Shown: positions 40,684 to 51,339 of the stretch, piece by piece
How positions within the stretch are numbered: the first letter of the stretch is position 1
Layout: every line of letters begins with the position of its first letter
NCBI GenBank assembly: GCA_019828565.1
Contig: JAHDYR010000012.1
Span: 248,001 to 312,000 of the forward strand
Direction of reading: 5' to 3'
Source: Carpediemonas membranifera BICM
Taxonomy: Eukaryota; Protista; Fornicata
Length of the DNA: 64,000 nucleotides
The notes under the pieces: generated by a model
Database searches by the model: none
Seen by the model: the letters and a program-made list of their open reading frames with translations, nothing else
Told to the model about the DNA's origin: nothing
Position numbers and translations under genes: made by a program

Positions 40684-43600
40684 TCAACGGTAACCAGTGA
40701 TGACCTCGCTACCACTGCCCTTGATGAGCAGGCAAGGCCCCACGCCGTCAGTGAGGATGTCCAGATACTCCATCTGGTCCTCCGCGTTCTGCTCGCTCAG
40801 CATCCTGAGTGGCGGCATGTTCAGTATCGTCAGCGACGCCGTGCCGACCGAGTGTTGCTCCTTGATGAGCTTGTTGATCTTCATGGCGTTGTCCGTCTTC
40901 AGCACTCTCGCCTGGTTGTCGACCATGATCGACTGGCCCCGCTGACGGCCGGATGCCCCGTCCAGGACGGAATCGGCGTCGACCACTGCGGGCTGGTTGA
41001 GCTGCAGCAGGAGGTCGCGCCGCTGGTCCATCATGAACGTCCGCTGGTAGGCGTATTCTTGGACATGCGAGTCGAGCTCGAGCACCGTGATCGATTCGAC
41101 CTGGATGCGGGCAGTGGCGAGCAGGTCGACGACGCTCTTCTGCAGCTTGGCAATGTCATCGCCGGGCTCGGCCACGGTGAACAGCCGGAGGGGGCAGCGG
41201 CGCCACGTCTTGTGCTTCTTTAGCAGGTACGGCAGCAGCAGTAGTAACCCTCCGTCGTGCAAGAACCAGAAGATGTCGATGGGTCCGTCCGCCCTCTCCT
41301 TGGGGGCCGGGGCGTCTCGGATGTCCCGGGCGAGGATAACGGCCTTCGCCTCGCTGTCGCAGATCGAGAGGAACCTGAAGAACCTGAAGGCGCCCGTGCT
41401 GGATGCCCTGTTCGCCCAGTCCTCGGGCCATGCCGTGAGGACGCAGTTGGGCCTCATCTCCCCGATGCCGCAGCTCTGGACCAGGTTGGCCGCCCCCAGC
41501 AGCTCGCACTCGGGCCTGTCGGGCGTGTGGTAACTGATGACGTCGACGAAGGCCCGCAGCTTGGAGGCCGTCATGATGCGGCTGATGTGGTGTTTCACGG
41601 CTCGTCTGACGGCCAGCGTCTCTCTGGGGTAGCCCTCGACGACAGCACCGACAACGGTGAGCCCCTTGCTCTTCCGGAGCTGTGCGGCGAGGGACAACAG
41701 GCCCGGGTGGAGGGGGACGAGCGGCGGGCAGTCCTCGTCGACGGCCGTGTCGACGTCCTCCTGCTCCTGGTCAAAGGCTGGAGACAGCGTGGGCTCCTGG
41801 GCGGTGTGGACGGTACGGTTGGGGTCGCCGACGACGGTCACCTGGTTGGCGAGGCCGCTCATGAGGGTGTGGCGACCAAAGGCGGCGAGGGCATCGATGT
41901 TCTTGTAGTGAGTCAACACCCGTTCGGGCGTGGCGAGTGTGAGGAGCACAAGCAGCTGTGGCCGCCAGTTGTTGGGGTGGACGTCCTTGGCGATGTCATC
42001 GAGGGAATGCAGCGCGGCCCTCGCCTGCTGCATCCTCCAGCCACGGATGCCGTCGCCCCAGTTCTGCTTGGCGCCGGTCCACTGGACATACTTATAAATG
42101 CCGACGGACAGGCCGATGGCGATGAGGGCGTAGTACCATGATATGAGGAACATGATGATGATGCAGAGGAAGACGGCAAACATGGCCACCTTCCACGACC
42201 AGAACTTGAACTTGGGTCTGAATGAGGGCGACCGGATCATGCCCTGGAGGGCGCATGAGAAGTTGACAGAGAGGTAGCACATGATGAAGCACATCGTGGT
42301 GATGGGTGTCACGGCGTTCATGTTACCGATCATGAGGATACCAAAGGCGATGAGGGCCGTCACCAGCGTCGCGGGGATCGGGTTGCCGAGGATCTTGTGC
42401 CGCATAGGCCGGAGCACTGGCAGCACGTTGTCAGCAGCGATGGACTGCAGTAGACGGGGGGCTCCGACAGCGGACTGGAGCGCGGCACCGATAGTAGAGG
42501 CAAAGATACCTGCCTGGACGAGGATGTTCGTCGGCCAGGCGATCTGGGCGATGGGGAAGAACCTCTTGCCGTCTATCACCTGGTATGTGTCCCGGAGCGT
42601 GTCCCCGCTGATCGTGGCGCTCATGAGCCACACGATCGTCAGGTAGATGATCGTGGTGATGGTGATGGCTAGTATCGTGCCCACCGGGATCGAGCGGCCG
42701 GGGTTTCGGAGGCTGTCGGCCCTGTTTGCCCCCGCCATGATGCCGGTGACGGAGGGGTAGAAGACTGAGAGCAACGTCGTGAATGTCGAGAGGGAGGCCG
42801 CGGGGAGGGCGTTCTCTGCAAGGGTGCTGAAGGGCGTCGTCGTGAGGAACCCGGGGTACGACGCCTCGCTGAGGCTCCGCGGTAGTGAAATGAGGCCTAC
42901 ATAGATGCCGGCGATCGATAGCAGGACAATGACGAAGAAGACGGGCGCGACGAGGGACACGAGCTTCACACCGGCCAGGACGACGAGGTAGACGGCTATG
43001 AGGAAGAACGGCGCCATCATACGGACGCCGCCGATGCCCTGGGGCGCTACATCAAACATGCTTTGCATCAGCTCGCACGCACCGATGATGTACATGGCGC
43101 ATCCGGCCACCGTGGCCAAATAGAAGAGAATGCCGATGGCCGCACCCATCTCCGGGCCCAGAGACCTGGATATCATGAAGTAAGCGCCGCCCGCCTTGAC
43201 GGTGCCATTTGTCGCCACAGCAGACATACTGATCGCTGTCAACATGGTTGTCAAGGCGCACAGCCCGACGATGGCGCTGGCCCCGAAGACACCCGCCTCG
43301 CCAGTGATCCAGGACAATCGCAGGAAGAGGATGACGCCGAGGATGTTCTGCATACAGGGGATGAGGACGCCAGAGACAGTACCCAGCCCCTTGCTGCCCT
43401 TGTTAGCCGGCCGGAAGCGCTTACCGATTAAGGGAACATGGGCAAGGATACGGGCGCCGACGGGGCGCTTGATCTCATCCTCGGCGGGGGGGATGTCCGA
43501 GGCCCGGGCGTCGGCATTGATCCGGTGACGGGCGTCGCCGTCATCGTACAGTGACACGGAGTACGTGTCGTTCTGGGCCAGGCGGGCGATGGCGGACCGG

Positions 43601-43968
43601 ATGTCGCTGTCCACGGTTCGGGCATTCGTGCGGTCGTCAGTACGGGGCTGGAACGCCATCGTGAAGTTCTCCTCTTCATCGGGAGTAACGGGATCAGTAT
43701 CATCACCGGCCAAAGAATGCACAGAAGCGACGGAATCCACGCGCGGGGGAATCTGGAGTGTAATTCCCTCAGAGGAATCCTCGGAGAGATCTTCTGGAGA
43801 GCCAGTACTTGCATTGCTAACAGGAGTATCGTGTGCACTTTGATGCTCAGCTATAATGTTTTCCTGGCTGTTTTGCATCGTGCCTGTATGCATGCCAAGT
43901 CGGGGAGTTGATCCTTTCAAAATCTTACAGTGCACTGCCCACCAGAGCGGCGGTGCAGGTCGAGGCAC
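40684..43968 (-). CDS. SLC12 cation-chloride cotransporter (KCC-like; start probably ~43878)
   Basis: GVLIPCMQNILGVILFLRL, GGAYFMISRSLGPE, NWRPQLLV, HDGGL and GSGSEVIT. Confidence 0.93.
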   Translation of the reverse strand: MPRPAPPLWWAVHCKILKGSTPRLGMHTGTMQNSQENIIAEHQSAHDTPVSNASTGSPEDLSEDSSEGITLQIPPRVDSVASVHSLAGDDTDPVTPDEEENFTMAFQPRTDDRTNARTVDSDIRSAIARLAQNDTYSVSLYDDGDARHRINADARASDIPPAEDEIKRPVGARILAHVPLIGKRFRPANKGSKGLGTVSGVLIPCMQNILGVILFLRLSWITGEAGVFGASAIVGLCALTTMLTAISMSAVATNGTVKAGGAYFMISRSLGPEMGAAIGILFYLATVAGCAMYIIGACELMQSMFDVAPQGIGGVRMMAPFFLIAVYLVVLAGVKLVSLVAPVFFVIVLLSIAGIYVGLISLPRSLSEASYPGFLTTTPFSTLAENALPAASLSTFTTLLSVFYPSVTGIMAGANRADSLRNPGRSIPVGTILAITITTIIYLTIVWLMSATISGDTLRDTYQVIDGKRFFPIAQIAWPTNILVQAGIFASTIGAALQSAVGAPRLLQSIAADNVLPVLRPMRHKILGNPIPATLVTALIAFGILMIGNMNAVTPITTMCFIMCYLSVNFSCALQGMIRSPSFRPKFKFWSWKVAMFAVFLCIIIMFLISWYYALIAIGLSVGIYKYVQWTGAKQNWGDGIRGWRMQQARAALHSLDDIAKDVHPNNWRPQLLVLLTLATPERVLTHYKNIDALAAFGRHTLMSGLANQVTVVGDPNRTVHTAQEPTLSPAFDQEQEDVDTAVDEDCPPLVPLHPGLLSLAAQLRKSKGLTVVGAVVEGYPRETLAVRRAVKHHISRIMTASKLRAFVDVISYHTPDRPECELLGAANLVQSCGIGEMRPNCVLTAWPEDWANRASSTGAFRFFRFLSICDSEAKAVILARDIRDAPAPKERADGPIDIFWFLHDGGLLLLLPYLLKKHKTWRRCPLRLFTVAEPGDDIAKLQKSVVDLLATARIQVESITVLELDSHVQEYAYQRTFMMDQRRDLLLQLNQPAVVDADSVLDGASGRQRGQSIMVDNQARVLKTDNAMKINKLIKEQHSVGTASLTILNMPPLRMLSEQNAEDQMEYLDILTDGVGPCLLIKGSGSEVITGYR

Positions 43969-44108
43969 TGCGCTCAGACGACCTGGGGTTCTGCTTCGAA
44001 ATCTTTCCCAACGGCCGAAGCGTTAGAGACTATTTGATTTTCAACCCTCGATACTCGTTTATATAATGCATATGTATGCGGGACTGGGCCTTGCTATCTG
44101 TCTCACCG

Positions 44109-44498
44109 TCACACCGAAAGGGGATCGTCGCCGTAGTCGGACCCCGAGAGCGTATCATTGACGTCCACGCACTCGCTGAGTGAGGAGGATGGCGTCGACG
44201 GTGTGTAGTTAAAGGCGGGGAAGGAGCTAGCGGCGATGAAGTCGCTGGATGCGATGGGGCTCGTCTGAGCGACGTCGGGGTTGGAGAAGGTGAAATCGGC
44301 GACAACAGAAAGAGCATCACTGAGAGGGAAGATCAGGAGGCATATCCATATTACCAGAATGAAAATGACAATGATAATGATTGGAATAGCGGCTGGAACG
44401 CCGATGAAGGGGAGAAACAGCAGTACGCAGAGGAAGATGCACAGCAAGACGCCTACAATGAAGTAGATAACGTCTAATAGGTTAGACTTAATGCTCAT
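44109..44498 (-). CDS. Small membrane protein with two TM helices and Ser-rich tail
   Basis: ATG ORF with very hydrophobic N-terminal half. Confidence 0.55.
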   Translation of the reverse strand: MSIKSNLLDVIYFIVGVLLCIFLCVLLFLPFIGVPAAIPIIIIVIFILVIWICLLIFPLSDALSVVADFTFSNPDVAQTSPIASSDFIAASSFPAFNYTPSTPSSSLSECVDVNDTLSGSDYGDDPLSV

Positions 44499-44557
44499 CT
44501 GCCTCTGCTACATCGCAGGCCATTACAGCACAACCACGGCCCGCAAGTTCAGCCCGG

Positions 44558-44702
44558 TGTGCCGCGCAGGATTAGAATTGTTGAGTCTAAAATGACAGGT
44601 GGGCAGTCAGGCTGAACCTGTTTAGTCCCCTGGAGTTCATCCCGGGGGGTTGACAGCCTAAGCCTTCTTCACATGAACCCCCAGTAAACTGTAAGGTAAA
44701 CA
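44558..44702 (-). mobile_element. Solo terminal unit of family A (non-coding, diverged; distal boundary uncertain)
   Basis: Exact TGTGCCGCGCAGGATTAGAATTGTTGAGTCTAAA, then a diverged match to 33945-34034. No TSD found. Confidence 0.8.
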
Positions 44703-44737
44703 TAGACAAAGACATAAACTGCGTAACGGGACAACGA

Positions 44738-47113
44738 CTACCACAGGGGGACCTGACGATCGTACTGCAGCTCACTGACAGCAGTGGGCTCCCTGCCTGG
44801 CCTGAGCCTGACCCTCGCGTTGGCCGCGACCTCGCTGATGAAACCATGCCGCAGGGCATAAATGATAGCAAGCATCCGAACCGGCGGAGACAGGGCCTTG
44901 AGCTTATTGCAGAGTCCTGGCATGGCCTTGAGGAGCTGAGGCACGGTCCACTGGCCGTCGTTGCCCCGCACTGCCCTGTAGAGGCTGGTCTGGATGCCAA
45001 GGTGGGTGTCGGGGGGTATCGACCGCAAATCCGACTTCTCCCGCTTGCAGTTGTCACACTTACCACACTGGAAGTGTCTGTCATGTCCAAAGTGCCGCAG
45101 CATCATCTCATTCCTGCAGCACACGGTGTCCGCCATGAACCAAAGCGTCTCATACAGGTGCTGCCGCTTGCCGTCGTCCATGCTGTGCGCGGCGTTGAGC
45201 ACCATCTCCGGTATCGCCTTACTCTTCCATCTGAACAAGCTGATGCACTCCGCAGTTTTGCCGTCCCGTCCAGCTCGGCCGGCCGCCTGGTAGTAGCCTG
45301 CCACGCTTAGTGCCATGCCAACGTGGATGACGAAGCGGACGTCTGGACGATCGATGCCCATGCCGAACGCCGTCGTGGCGCACACAACCTTGATCCGCCC
45401 ACCAGACCACTCCCCCTGAACTCGGTCACGCTCAGCGGCCTCGAGCCCGGCGTGATACGGCAGCGCGTGTATGCCGACCGCGGCTAGTGAGTCGGCGGCC
45501 TTCGTGGTCTCATTCTTACTCATGCAGTAAATTATTCCGCACATGCCCCTGAACCTCAGCTGCACCATGCGGGCAGCCTGCTGGTGCACCGCCATGGCGC
45601 TGCTAGTCTCCGCAGGGACGACTGAGAACACCAAGTTGTCTCTGTACAAAGGGCCCTCGATGTCAGTGAAGTCCGGCCGAAGTTGGAGGATGTCGATCAC
45701 CTGCTGCTTCGTCCGGGGGGCGGCTGTGGCGGTGAGGGCGGTGATGGGGACGTCTGGGTACGACTGACGCAGCTTGGCGAGCTCGATGTAATCCTGTCTG
45801 AAGTCGTGGCCCCAGTTGGACACGCAGTGGGCCTCGTCGATGACAAAACGGTCGAGGAGGCCATCCTTGTGCAGCTGCTCGAATATTTGGATCAATCTCC
45901 GAGATTGCACGATCTTTTCTGGCGTTACATAGCACACCTTGTACGGTACCGCCCCGTCGGCACCGGGCAGCAGGTCTGTCGGATGATGGGTCGGCCTGGG
46001 GCCTGAGAAATGGACCGCCGGGATCCCCCAGGCCGCTAGATGGGCGACCTGGTCGATTATGAGTGATATCAGCGGGGACACAACGACAGTGAGGCCGGGT
46101 GCGATGACCGCGGGGAGTTGGTACGTCAGGGACTTGCCCGAGCCGGTGGGGAGGATAACAAAGACGTCCTTGCCCGCGACCGCTGCCCAGACAGCCTCCT
46201 TCTGGTATGGTCTGAACGCAGCCATGGCGAACCTGCTGCGGAGGGTGGTGTGGATCCGCTCCACGACGCTGTCATCGAGCATGGGGGCAGTCGCACGGCC
46301 AAACGGCCTGGCTGGCGTGTGCGAGGCGTCCTTGGTCGCCGTCCACGGCCCTACCCTCGCGGCCCCGTGATCCCTCCTGTTCCCTTGAACCGGTGCCATG
46401 TCATCCAGGGTGATTTCCTCGATCGGGTCGACGTCCTCCTGCGTCGAGGCGTCCTCTATGGGCTCGGGACTTGGGGCACGGTGGCCGTACGTCGGCAGGG
46501 GCCTGGGTGGGTTGGTAAAGCCGCTGCTGCTGGCGGGCCCGAGCGGCAGGCTGGCTTGGGCCCTGATCAGATCCTCGAGGGCGTCGGGGAGGGCGATCGA
46601 GACGGCATGGGATACAGAGCACGGTGAAAGGAAGGCCCCTACACTCCTGCTGACAGCCTTCCCCCTCCCGCTGCCCGGCGTGCCCCTCGTAGGGTCGGGG
46701 GAGGGTGGTGCGGACAGCATCTCGACGTCGGACAGCTGCTCCTCGGCAAGGGCGGGGCTCATGTCCTTCGCCGCTGTCCTGCGCTGCGTCTGCGTCTTGG
46801 CCAGCACTGCGGATGGCTGCGTGACGGGCGCTTGGTGCGTTGGGAGGGATGCCGGGCGGATGAAGTCCTCGAGCGCCTCAATCGCCCGCATACGGCGCGA
46901 TTCCTGCGGCCCTATGAGGTTCTTAATGCCGTAGAGCTCAGACAGTGCCCTTTCCAGGACCGAAGTGGCTGCAGGGGCCGGTTCAAGCGACTCTTGGTCG
47001 CTATCATCGTCCAGGTCATAACAATCCACCTCCTCCTCAAGCTTCATACGCTTGATAGGAGTATCAAAGCCGTCGTCGATGTCGAAAACCTCGGCATCGA
47101 AACTATCATTCAT
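44738..47113 (-). CDS. RecQ family DNA helicase (BLM/Sgs1-like)
   Basis: PTGSGKSLTYQLP, DEAHCVSNWGHDFR, AFGMGIDRPDVRFVIH and RQC zinc ligands CR...CGKCDNC. Confidence 0.93.
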   Translation of the reverse strand: MNDSFDAEVFDIDDGFDTPIKRMKLEEEVDCYDLDDDSDQESLEPAPAATSVLERALSELYGIKNLIGPQESRRMRAIEALEDFIRPASLPTHQAPVTQPSAVLAKTQTQRRTAAKDMSPALAEEQLSDVEMLSAPPSPDPTRGTPGSGRGKAVSRSVGAFLSPCSVSHAVSIALPDALEDLIRAQASLPLGPASSSGFTNPPRPLPTYGHRAPSPEPIEDASTQEDVDPIEEITLDDMAPVQGNRRDHGAARVGPWTATKDASHTPARPFGRATAPMLDDSVVERIHTTLRSRFAMAAFRPYQKEAVWAAVAGKDVFVILPTGSGKSLTYQLPAVIAPGLTVVVSPLISLIIDQVAHLAAWGIPAVHFSGPRPTHHPTDLLPGADGAVPYKVCYVTPEKIVQSRRLIQIFEQLHKDGLLDRFVIDEAHCVSNWGHDFRQDYIELAKLRQSYPDVPITALTATAAPRTKQQVIDILQLRPDFTDIEGPLYRDNLVFSVVPAETSSAMAVHQQAARMVQLRFRGMCGIIYCMSKNETTKAADSLAAVGIHALPYHAGLEAAERDRVQGEWSGGRIKVVCATTAFGMGIDRPDVRFVIHVGMALSVAGYYQAAGRAGRDGKTAECISLFRWKSKAIPEMVLNAAHSMDDGKRQHLYETLWFMADTVCCRNEMMLRHFGHDRHFQCGKCDNCKREKSDLRSIPPDTHLGIQTSLYRAVRGNDGQWTVPQLLKAMPGLCNKLKALSPPVRMLAIIYALRHGFISEVAANARVRLRPGREPTAVSELQYDRQVPLW

Positions 47114-47215
47114 TCGACGCTTGAACTCACGCCAAGTGCGCAAAACTTCAGAGGTTGACTTCAGCCGTCCTTTTAATCCGCGGAGCAGTGCGATCCATGT
47201 CTGAAGGCACACAGC

Positions 47216-47619
47216 TCACATGGCCTCGTCGCCCTCAGCCTTGTTGACGCGGTCCATGCCGTAATCGGACGTCCCGCGGCCAGCAGCAGCATTCGCGTCA
47301 GCCTCGGTGTAAGGGGCCTCCTTGAGCTCCTTCACGCGCTTCTTGTGGACCTTGCTCTTGTTGTGGGCCACGAGCGAGTTCATGTTGATGAAGTGGCGGC
47401 TATGTGAGTTTGTACAGAGAATGGAACGTACTCGCACTGGAGGCAGTAGAACTGGCCACCACCGGGAAGCTCATCGTCGATGATGGCACGAGAAAGCTTC
47501 TCAGCCTGCTTAACGGGGTCGATGTTGTGGATCTCATCAAGATCCTTCACACGTCGCTTTGTAGAAGACTTCTTGGACTTGCTGCCGCCCTTACGCTTGT
47601 ATGAAACATTGTAGCCCAT
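47216..47619 (-). CDS. BUD20: ZNF593/Bud20 ribosome-biogenesis zinc-finger protein; intron 47400-47431
   Basis: DLDEI...DELPGGGQFYCLQCDRHF...HNKSKVHKKRVKELKEAPYT after removing the 32-nt intron. Confidence 0.9.
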
Positions 47620-47826
47620 CTAGGAAGTTGAAATGAGCAAGAAAACAAGCTGCTGAGAAGCGGGAAAGCAATTATGGCTGTCCACCGTAAATCACGTAAA
47701 TCGGGCCAACCCATGGCTACAACTGTGGCCCCTGCCAGAACGACATGCGATACATGCCCGGGACAAGCTTTTTTCCTCCAGTTCTCATTTCGATCTGGCA
47801 AGGTCACTTCGTCCTTGCGCCCATTC

Positions 47827-50800
47827 ATGGCTAAAGGAAAAAGAGGGAAGAAGAAGACCGGCCCTACAGCTATAGAGCAGTTCAAACAAAGTGTCAAGAG
47901 GAATTCAGCTCCGAAGGCGCCGCAATCAGCTCAAGCAGGCAATTGTGCTGCTCAAATCGACAAACACGTGCCTGTCGACACGACCAGGCGTGCAGTATCT
48001 ACAGCCAATGATCCTCTTCGGCATCACATCGCCCGCGTTCAGCGTGGTCTCACCGTGCTTCCCGTGGACGCCTTCGCCCACGAAGTCGTCGAGCGGGTCC
48101 AAACCCAGCGAGTGACCGTCATCCAAGGGTCCACAGGCTGCGGCAAGTCCACACGCATCCCACGATACATCGCTGACTGCGTGGACGGCGCCAAGATCAT
48201 CTGCACTCAGCCACGCCGCAAGGCTGCTACCAAGGTTGCCCAGCGCATAGCAGAGGAGTGGGGCATGTCGATGAACGAGCCGGGGTCCCGTATTGGGTAC
48301 TACATCAAGGACGAGCACGCCGGCGACTTCCGGCACATGACTATCCAGATGGTGACGACGGGGTGGTTGCTCCAGATGCTAGTCCACAACCCAGACTATC
48401 TCAGATACTTCAGCCACGTGGTCCTGGATGAGGTCCACGAGAGGGATGTCGACCCCGACATTCTCTTCTTCATCATTCGCCGCGTCCTGTCGATGCCGGG
48501 GCTCGAGCGGGTCCGTCTGGTGCTTATGTCGGCCACGGTCAACGTCGCCCTGTTCACCGAGTACTTCCAGACGCTATCGCCCACACGGCTGCTCCCGCCG
48601 CTGTGCATCGACCAGCAGGTGCACTCTGTGAGCGATGCCTTCCTCGACGAGCTGACCAAGGAGAAGAGCGTCGCTGGAATCGCCGGGATACCCGCGCTGG
48701 CTGCTCTGTTCGGCTTTGGCAAGCTCAACGACCGCCTGATCTCCCACAAGGCGGAGCAGCTTCTCTTCAACAGGCACGTCCCTGAGATGTGGACGATGCT
48801 CATCAAGGAGATCGCCCTGGCCCGCATGAAGGGCTCTGTGCCCGGCATGACCGGGGGTGACGCGATCCTGGTCTTCCTGCCTGGGATCCGGGCCATCGAG
48901 GACGTCTACGATCGTCTGTTCGACGTCCTTGGGGATGACGACCGCATCGTGCTCTACCAGTTCCACAGCGAGGTCGAGTTCGACGACGACGTCTTCGCGG
49001 TGCCCCAGCCCGGCAAGACACACGTCATCCTGGCCACAACCATCGCCGAGACCTCTGTCACCATCCCCAACGTCACCACGGTCATCGACACGGGCGTCGC
49101 TAAGAGGCCCGTGGGCGACCCCCAGGGCAACATCATCCTCAGGCCGACCTGGATCTCACAGTCGTCCGCCCTGCAGCGGCGCGGCCGTACGGGCAGGGTC
49201 TGCCCCGGTCTATGTGTGCGCCTCTACCCCCGCTGGTTCTTCGATAGGGTCATGCCGGCCAACCCAATGTCCGTGATCCAGGCGCTGCCCCTCGAGACAG
49301 TCGTCCTTAAACTGCTCATGGTTAACCCCAGCGAGACGCCGGGACGGACTCTGACGCAGCTCCTGGAGGCCCCGGAGAGCGATAGGCTTGACTACGCCCT
49401 GGAGAACGATTATGTGCACGGGTTTGTGACGACGCCGGACGACGCCACTACTGCTGTGACACCATTGGGCGAGATGGCTTGCTCGATGGGTCTCTCAGCG
49501 CCCCTAACCGCCGCGCTGATCAGTGCCGTTGCGACGTTCAACGCCAAGATCATCCGCACCGTAGCCGTTGCCGCGGCGATGAACGTGGCTGGCCGTCTGC
49601 CCTACGTGATGGGGTCCTGGCGGTTCGACCCCCACCCCGAGATGTTCGCGGCCCACAGCATGCGGTGCAACAACATCGGCAGGCCGCCCCACACGAGGCC
49701 GAGTGCTGGCATGACGTGTGATGTCGCCGCGAGTGACGTCGAGGCGATGTGCCAGGTGATCGAGGCCTTTGTGTCCACCCCAAAGTCAGCCCAGACCGGC
49801 TTCTTTGCGACGCGTGGGCTCAAGAAGGAGCTGTTCACTGCTTTCATGACGCAGCTCCACTCGATATGTAGCAGCATATGCCAGACGTTCCCTGAGGACA
49901 CCCGCCAGACCCTCGCCCAGGCCTTCGCTGCCTTCTTCCCTAGGAGAGACGCCGTGGCGAGGGATGGCGGCCTCTTCTCCCACACCATGGGCGGATTCAT
50001 GCTGGGCGGCCTGCTCGTGTCTGGTATCCGTGAGCTCGACCGCGTCGGGCTGGAGAAGAAGCCGCTCGACCTCAGACGGCCGCTGGACGAGGAGGGTTGG
50101 GCCGGCTTCGACATCGGCAGCGGCATGCGGTCCGTGCCCCGTGACGAGCTCATCGCCGTGATGAACTCCTCCCCCGCCCTCGTGCTCCACCTCTCAGCAC
50201 TCAAGCCTGGTCAAAAAACCACCCACCCAGAGCTCCTCACGGCAGAGTACTGGGAGACGGCTGCAGAGTACTTGCTGAACTCCGCGTACGACCCCCGGTC
50301 AGGTCAGGTGCGGGCGCGGGGTCGGAGTCACAAGATCGGATGTGTTGTAACCAAGATACAGGGCTCGAAGAAGAAGTCTAAGAGCCTCGTGGCGCTACTG
50401 TACAACCTGCAGACGCTGGGCCCGATCCCCGAGGCGGACACCAGCCCCTACGCCCCGCCCTTCGACCTGCTCTCGGGCAGTCTTTATAACCTGATGACGG
50501 TAACCACGGGAGCTCGGAACGACACCATCGTCTTCCCCGGGCCGGATCGTGTCAGGTTCTACAACAGGCGCGAGTGTCAGGTGGACCGCCGCATGCCGCT
50601 GTTGGCCAAGTCGGGCGGCCCGGGTCCTAATAGGCCTGCTGACAGCACCGTGGCCGTGCCGTTCACGTTCAGGAACGCGCAGGAGATCAAGGCGAAGGGC
50701 ACTGCCGGCAGCCACACCGTCTTGAGGCGCAGGGCAGTCAGCATGCATAGCGTGGACTGCTACGCCATTCCCGTGTCCCAGTCGCTGAGCCAGGTCGGCG

Positions 50801-51297
50801 CCAACATGGTCAGTGTCTATTGGGACGCAGTGCACCTCATCCGGCTGCCCTCGGCCATCATGGTTGTATTCCGGATGGTTTTCGACCCTGACTTCAGTGA
50901 GGTTGAGGCCGCCCTTGATGCGGACGACCAGGTCCTCAGCGTCACCATGTACAAGACGAAGGGCGACATCATGTCGAGTGGGACCCCCGGCCTCACTCTC
51001 GACGACCTTGTGGCGGTGACCGAAGTGACCGGCGGGTTCGACAAGACGTTGAAAATGATGGCCGATCACGACATCCGGGTCGGCTCGGCCATTGCTCCCT
51101 GGACCCACACCCTGCTGGCCACCGTGCGGGCTCTGGGCGCCGTGATCGCCCAGGGTTTGGACCAGCCAGGACAGTATGTCAGGTCTGTGCGTTTCGTGGC
51201 CAAGCGGGGGCTGACGGTCGTCTGGGACGGGCCCACTGACCTTGGGTCGGGGGTCCAGGCCGTACAGGGCCAGCTGGACGATTCAAGCTGGTTCTAG
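47827..51297 (+). CDS. DEAH-box RNA helicase (TDRD9/Spindle-E- or DHX36/57-like), divergent C-terminus
   Basis: GSTGCGKST, TQPRR, DEVHER, MSAT, LVFLPG, IAETSVTI and QRRGRTGR. Confidence 0.88.
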   Translation: MAKGKRGKKKTGPTAIEQFKQSVKRNSAPKAPQSAQAGNCAAQIDKHVPVDTTRRAVSTANDPLRHHIARVQRGLTVLPVDAFAHEVVERVQTQRVTVIQGSTGCGKSTRIPRYIADCVDGAKIICTQPRRKAATKVAQRIAEEWGMSMNEPGSRIGYYIKDEHAGDFRHMTIQMVTTGWLLQMLVHNPDYLRYFSHVVLDEVHERDVDPDILFFIIRRVLSMPGLERVRLVLMSATVNVALFTEYFQTLSPTRLLPPLCIDQQVHSVSDAFLDELTKEKSVAGIAGIPALAALFGFGKLNDRLISHKAEQLLFNRHVPEMWTMLIKEIALARMKGSVPGMTGGDAILVFLPGIRAIEDVYDRLFDVLGDDDRIVLYQFHSEVEFDDDVFAVPQPGKTHVILATTIAETSVTIPNVTTVIDTGVAKRPVGDPQGNIILRPTWISQSSALQRRGRTGRVCPGLCVRLYPRWFFDRVMPANPMSVIQALPLETVVLKLLMVNPSETPGRTLTQLLEAPESDRLDYALENDYVHGFVTTPDDATTAVTPLGEMACSMGLSAPLTAALISAVATFNAKIIRTVAVAAAMNVAGRLPYVMGSWRFDPHPEMFAAHSMRCNNIGRPPHTRPSAGMTCDVAASDVEAMCQVIEAFVSTPKSAQTGFFATRGLKKELFTAFMTQLHSICSSICQTFPEDTRQTLAQAFAAFFPRRDAVARDGGLFSHTMGGFMLGGLLVSGIRELDRVGLEKKPLDLRRPLDEEGWAGFDIGSGMRSVPRDELIAVMNSSPALVLHLSALKPGQKTTHPELLTAEYWETAAEYLLNSAYDPRSGQVRARGRSHKIGCVVTKIQGSKKKSKSLVALLYNLQTLGPIPEADTSPYAPPFDLLSGSLYNLMTVTTGARNDTIVFPGPDRVRFYNRRECQVDRRMPLLAKSGGPGPNRPADSTVAVPFTFRNAQEIKAKGTAGSHTVLRRRAVSMHSVDCYAIPVSQSLSQVGANMVSVYWDAVHLIRLPSAIMVVFRMVFDPDFSEVEAALDADDQVLSVTMYKTKGDIMSSGTPGLTLDDLVAVTEVTGGFDKTLKMMADHDIRVGSAIAPWTHTLLATVRALGAVIAQGLDQPGQYVRSVRFVAKRGLTVVWDGPTDLGSGVQAVQGQLDDSSWF

Positions 51298-51339
51298 GGT
51301 AATAAATCAGGCGCTCTTTTATTATTACACTGGTGGCAC

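Noticed and set aside
456-44591. Reading the 30-bp repeat (456, 1932, 34216, 35689, 44558) as a CRISPR repeat
   Set aside because: Copies are dispersed at element ends, kilobases apart, not in a regular repeat-spacer array, and there are no cas genes.
44738-44745. TACCACA at the RecQ stop as the far end of the solo element
   Set aside because: It matches the family A end for only 7 bp, gives no TSD (CCCGG versus GGGGG) and lies in the RecQ terminal codons. It cannot be distinguished from chance.
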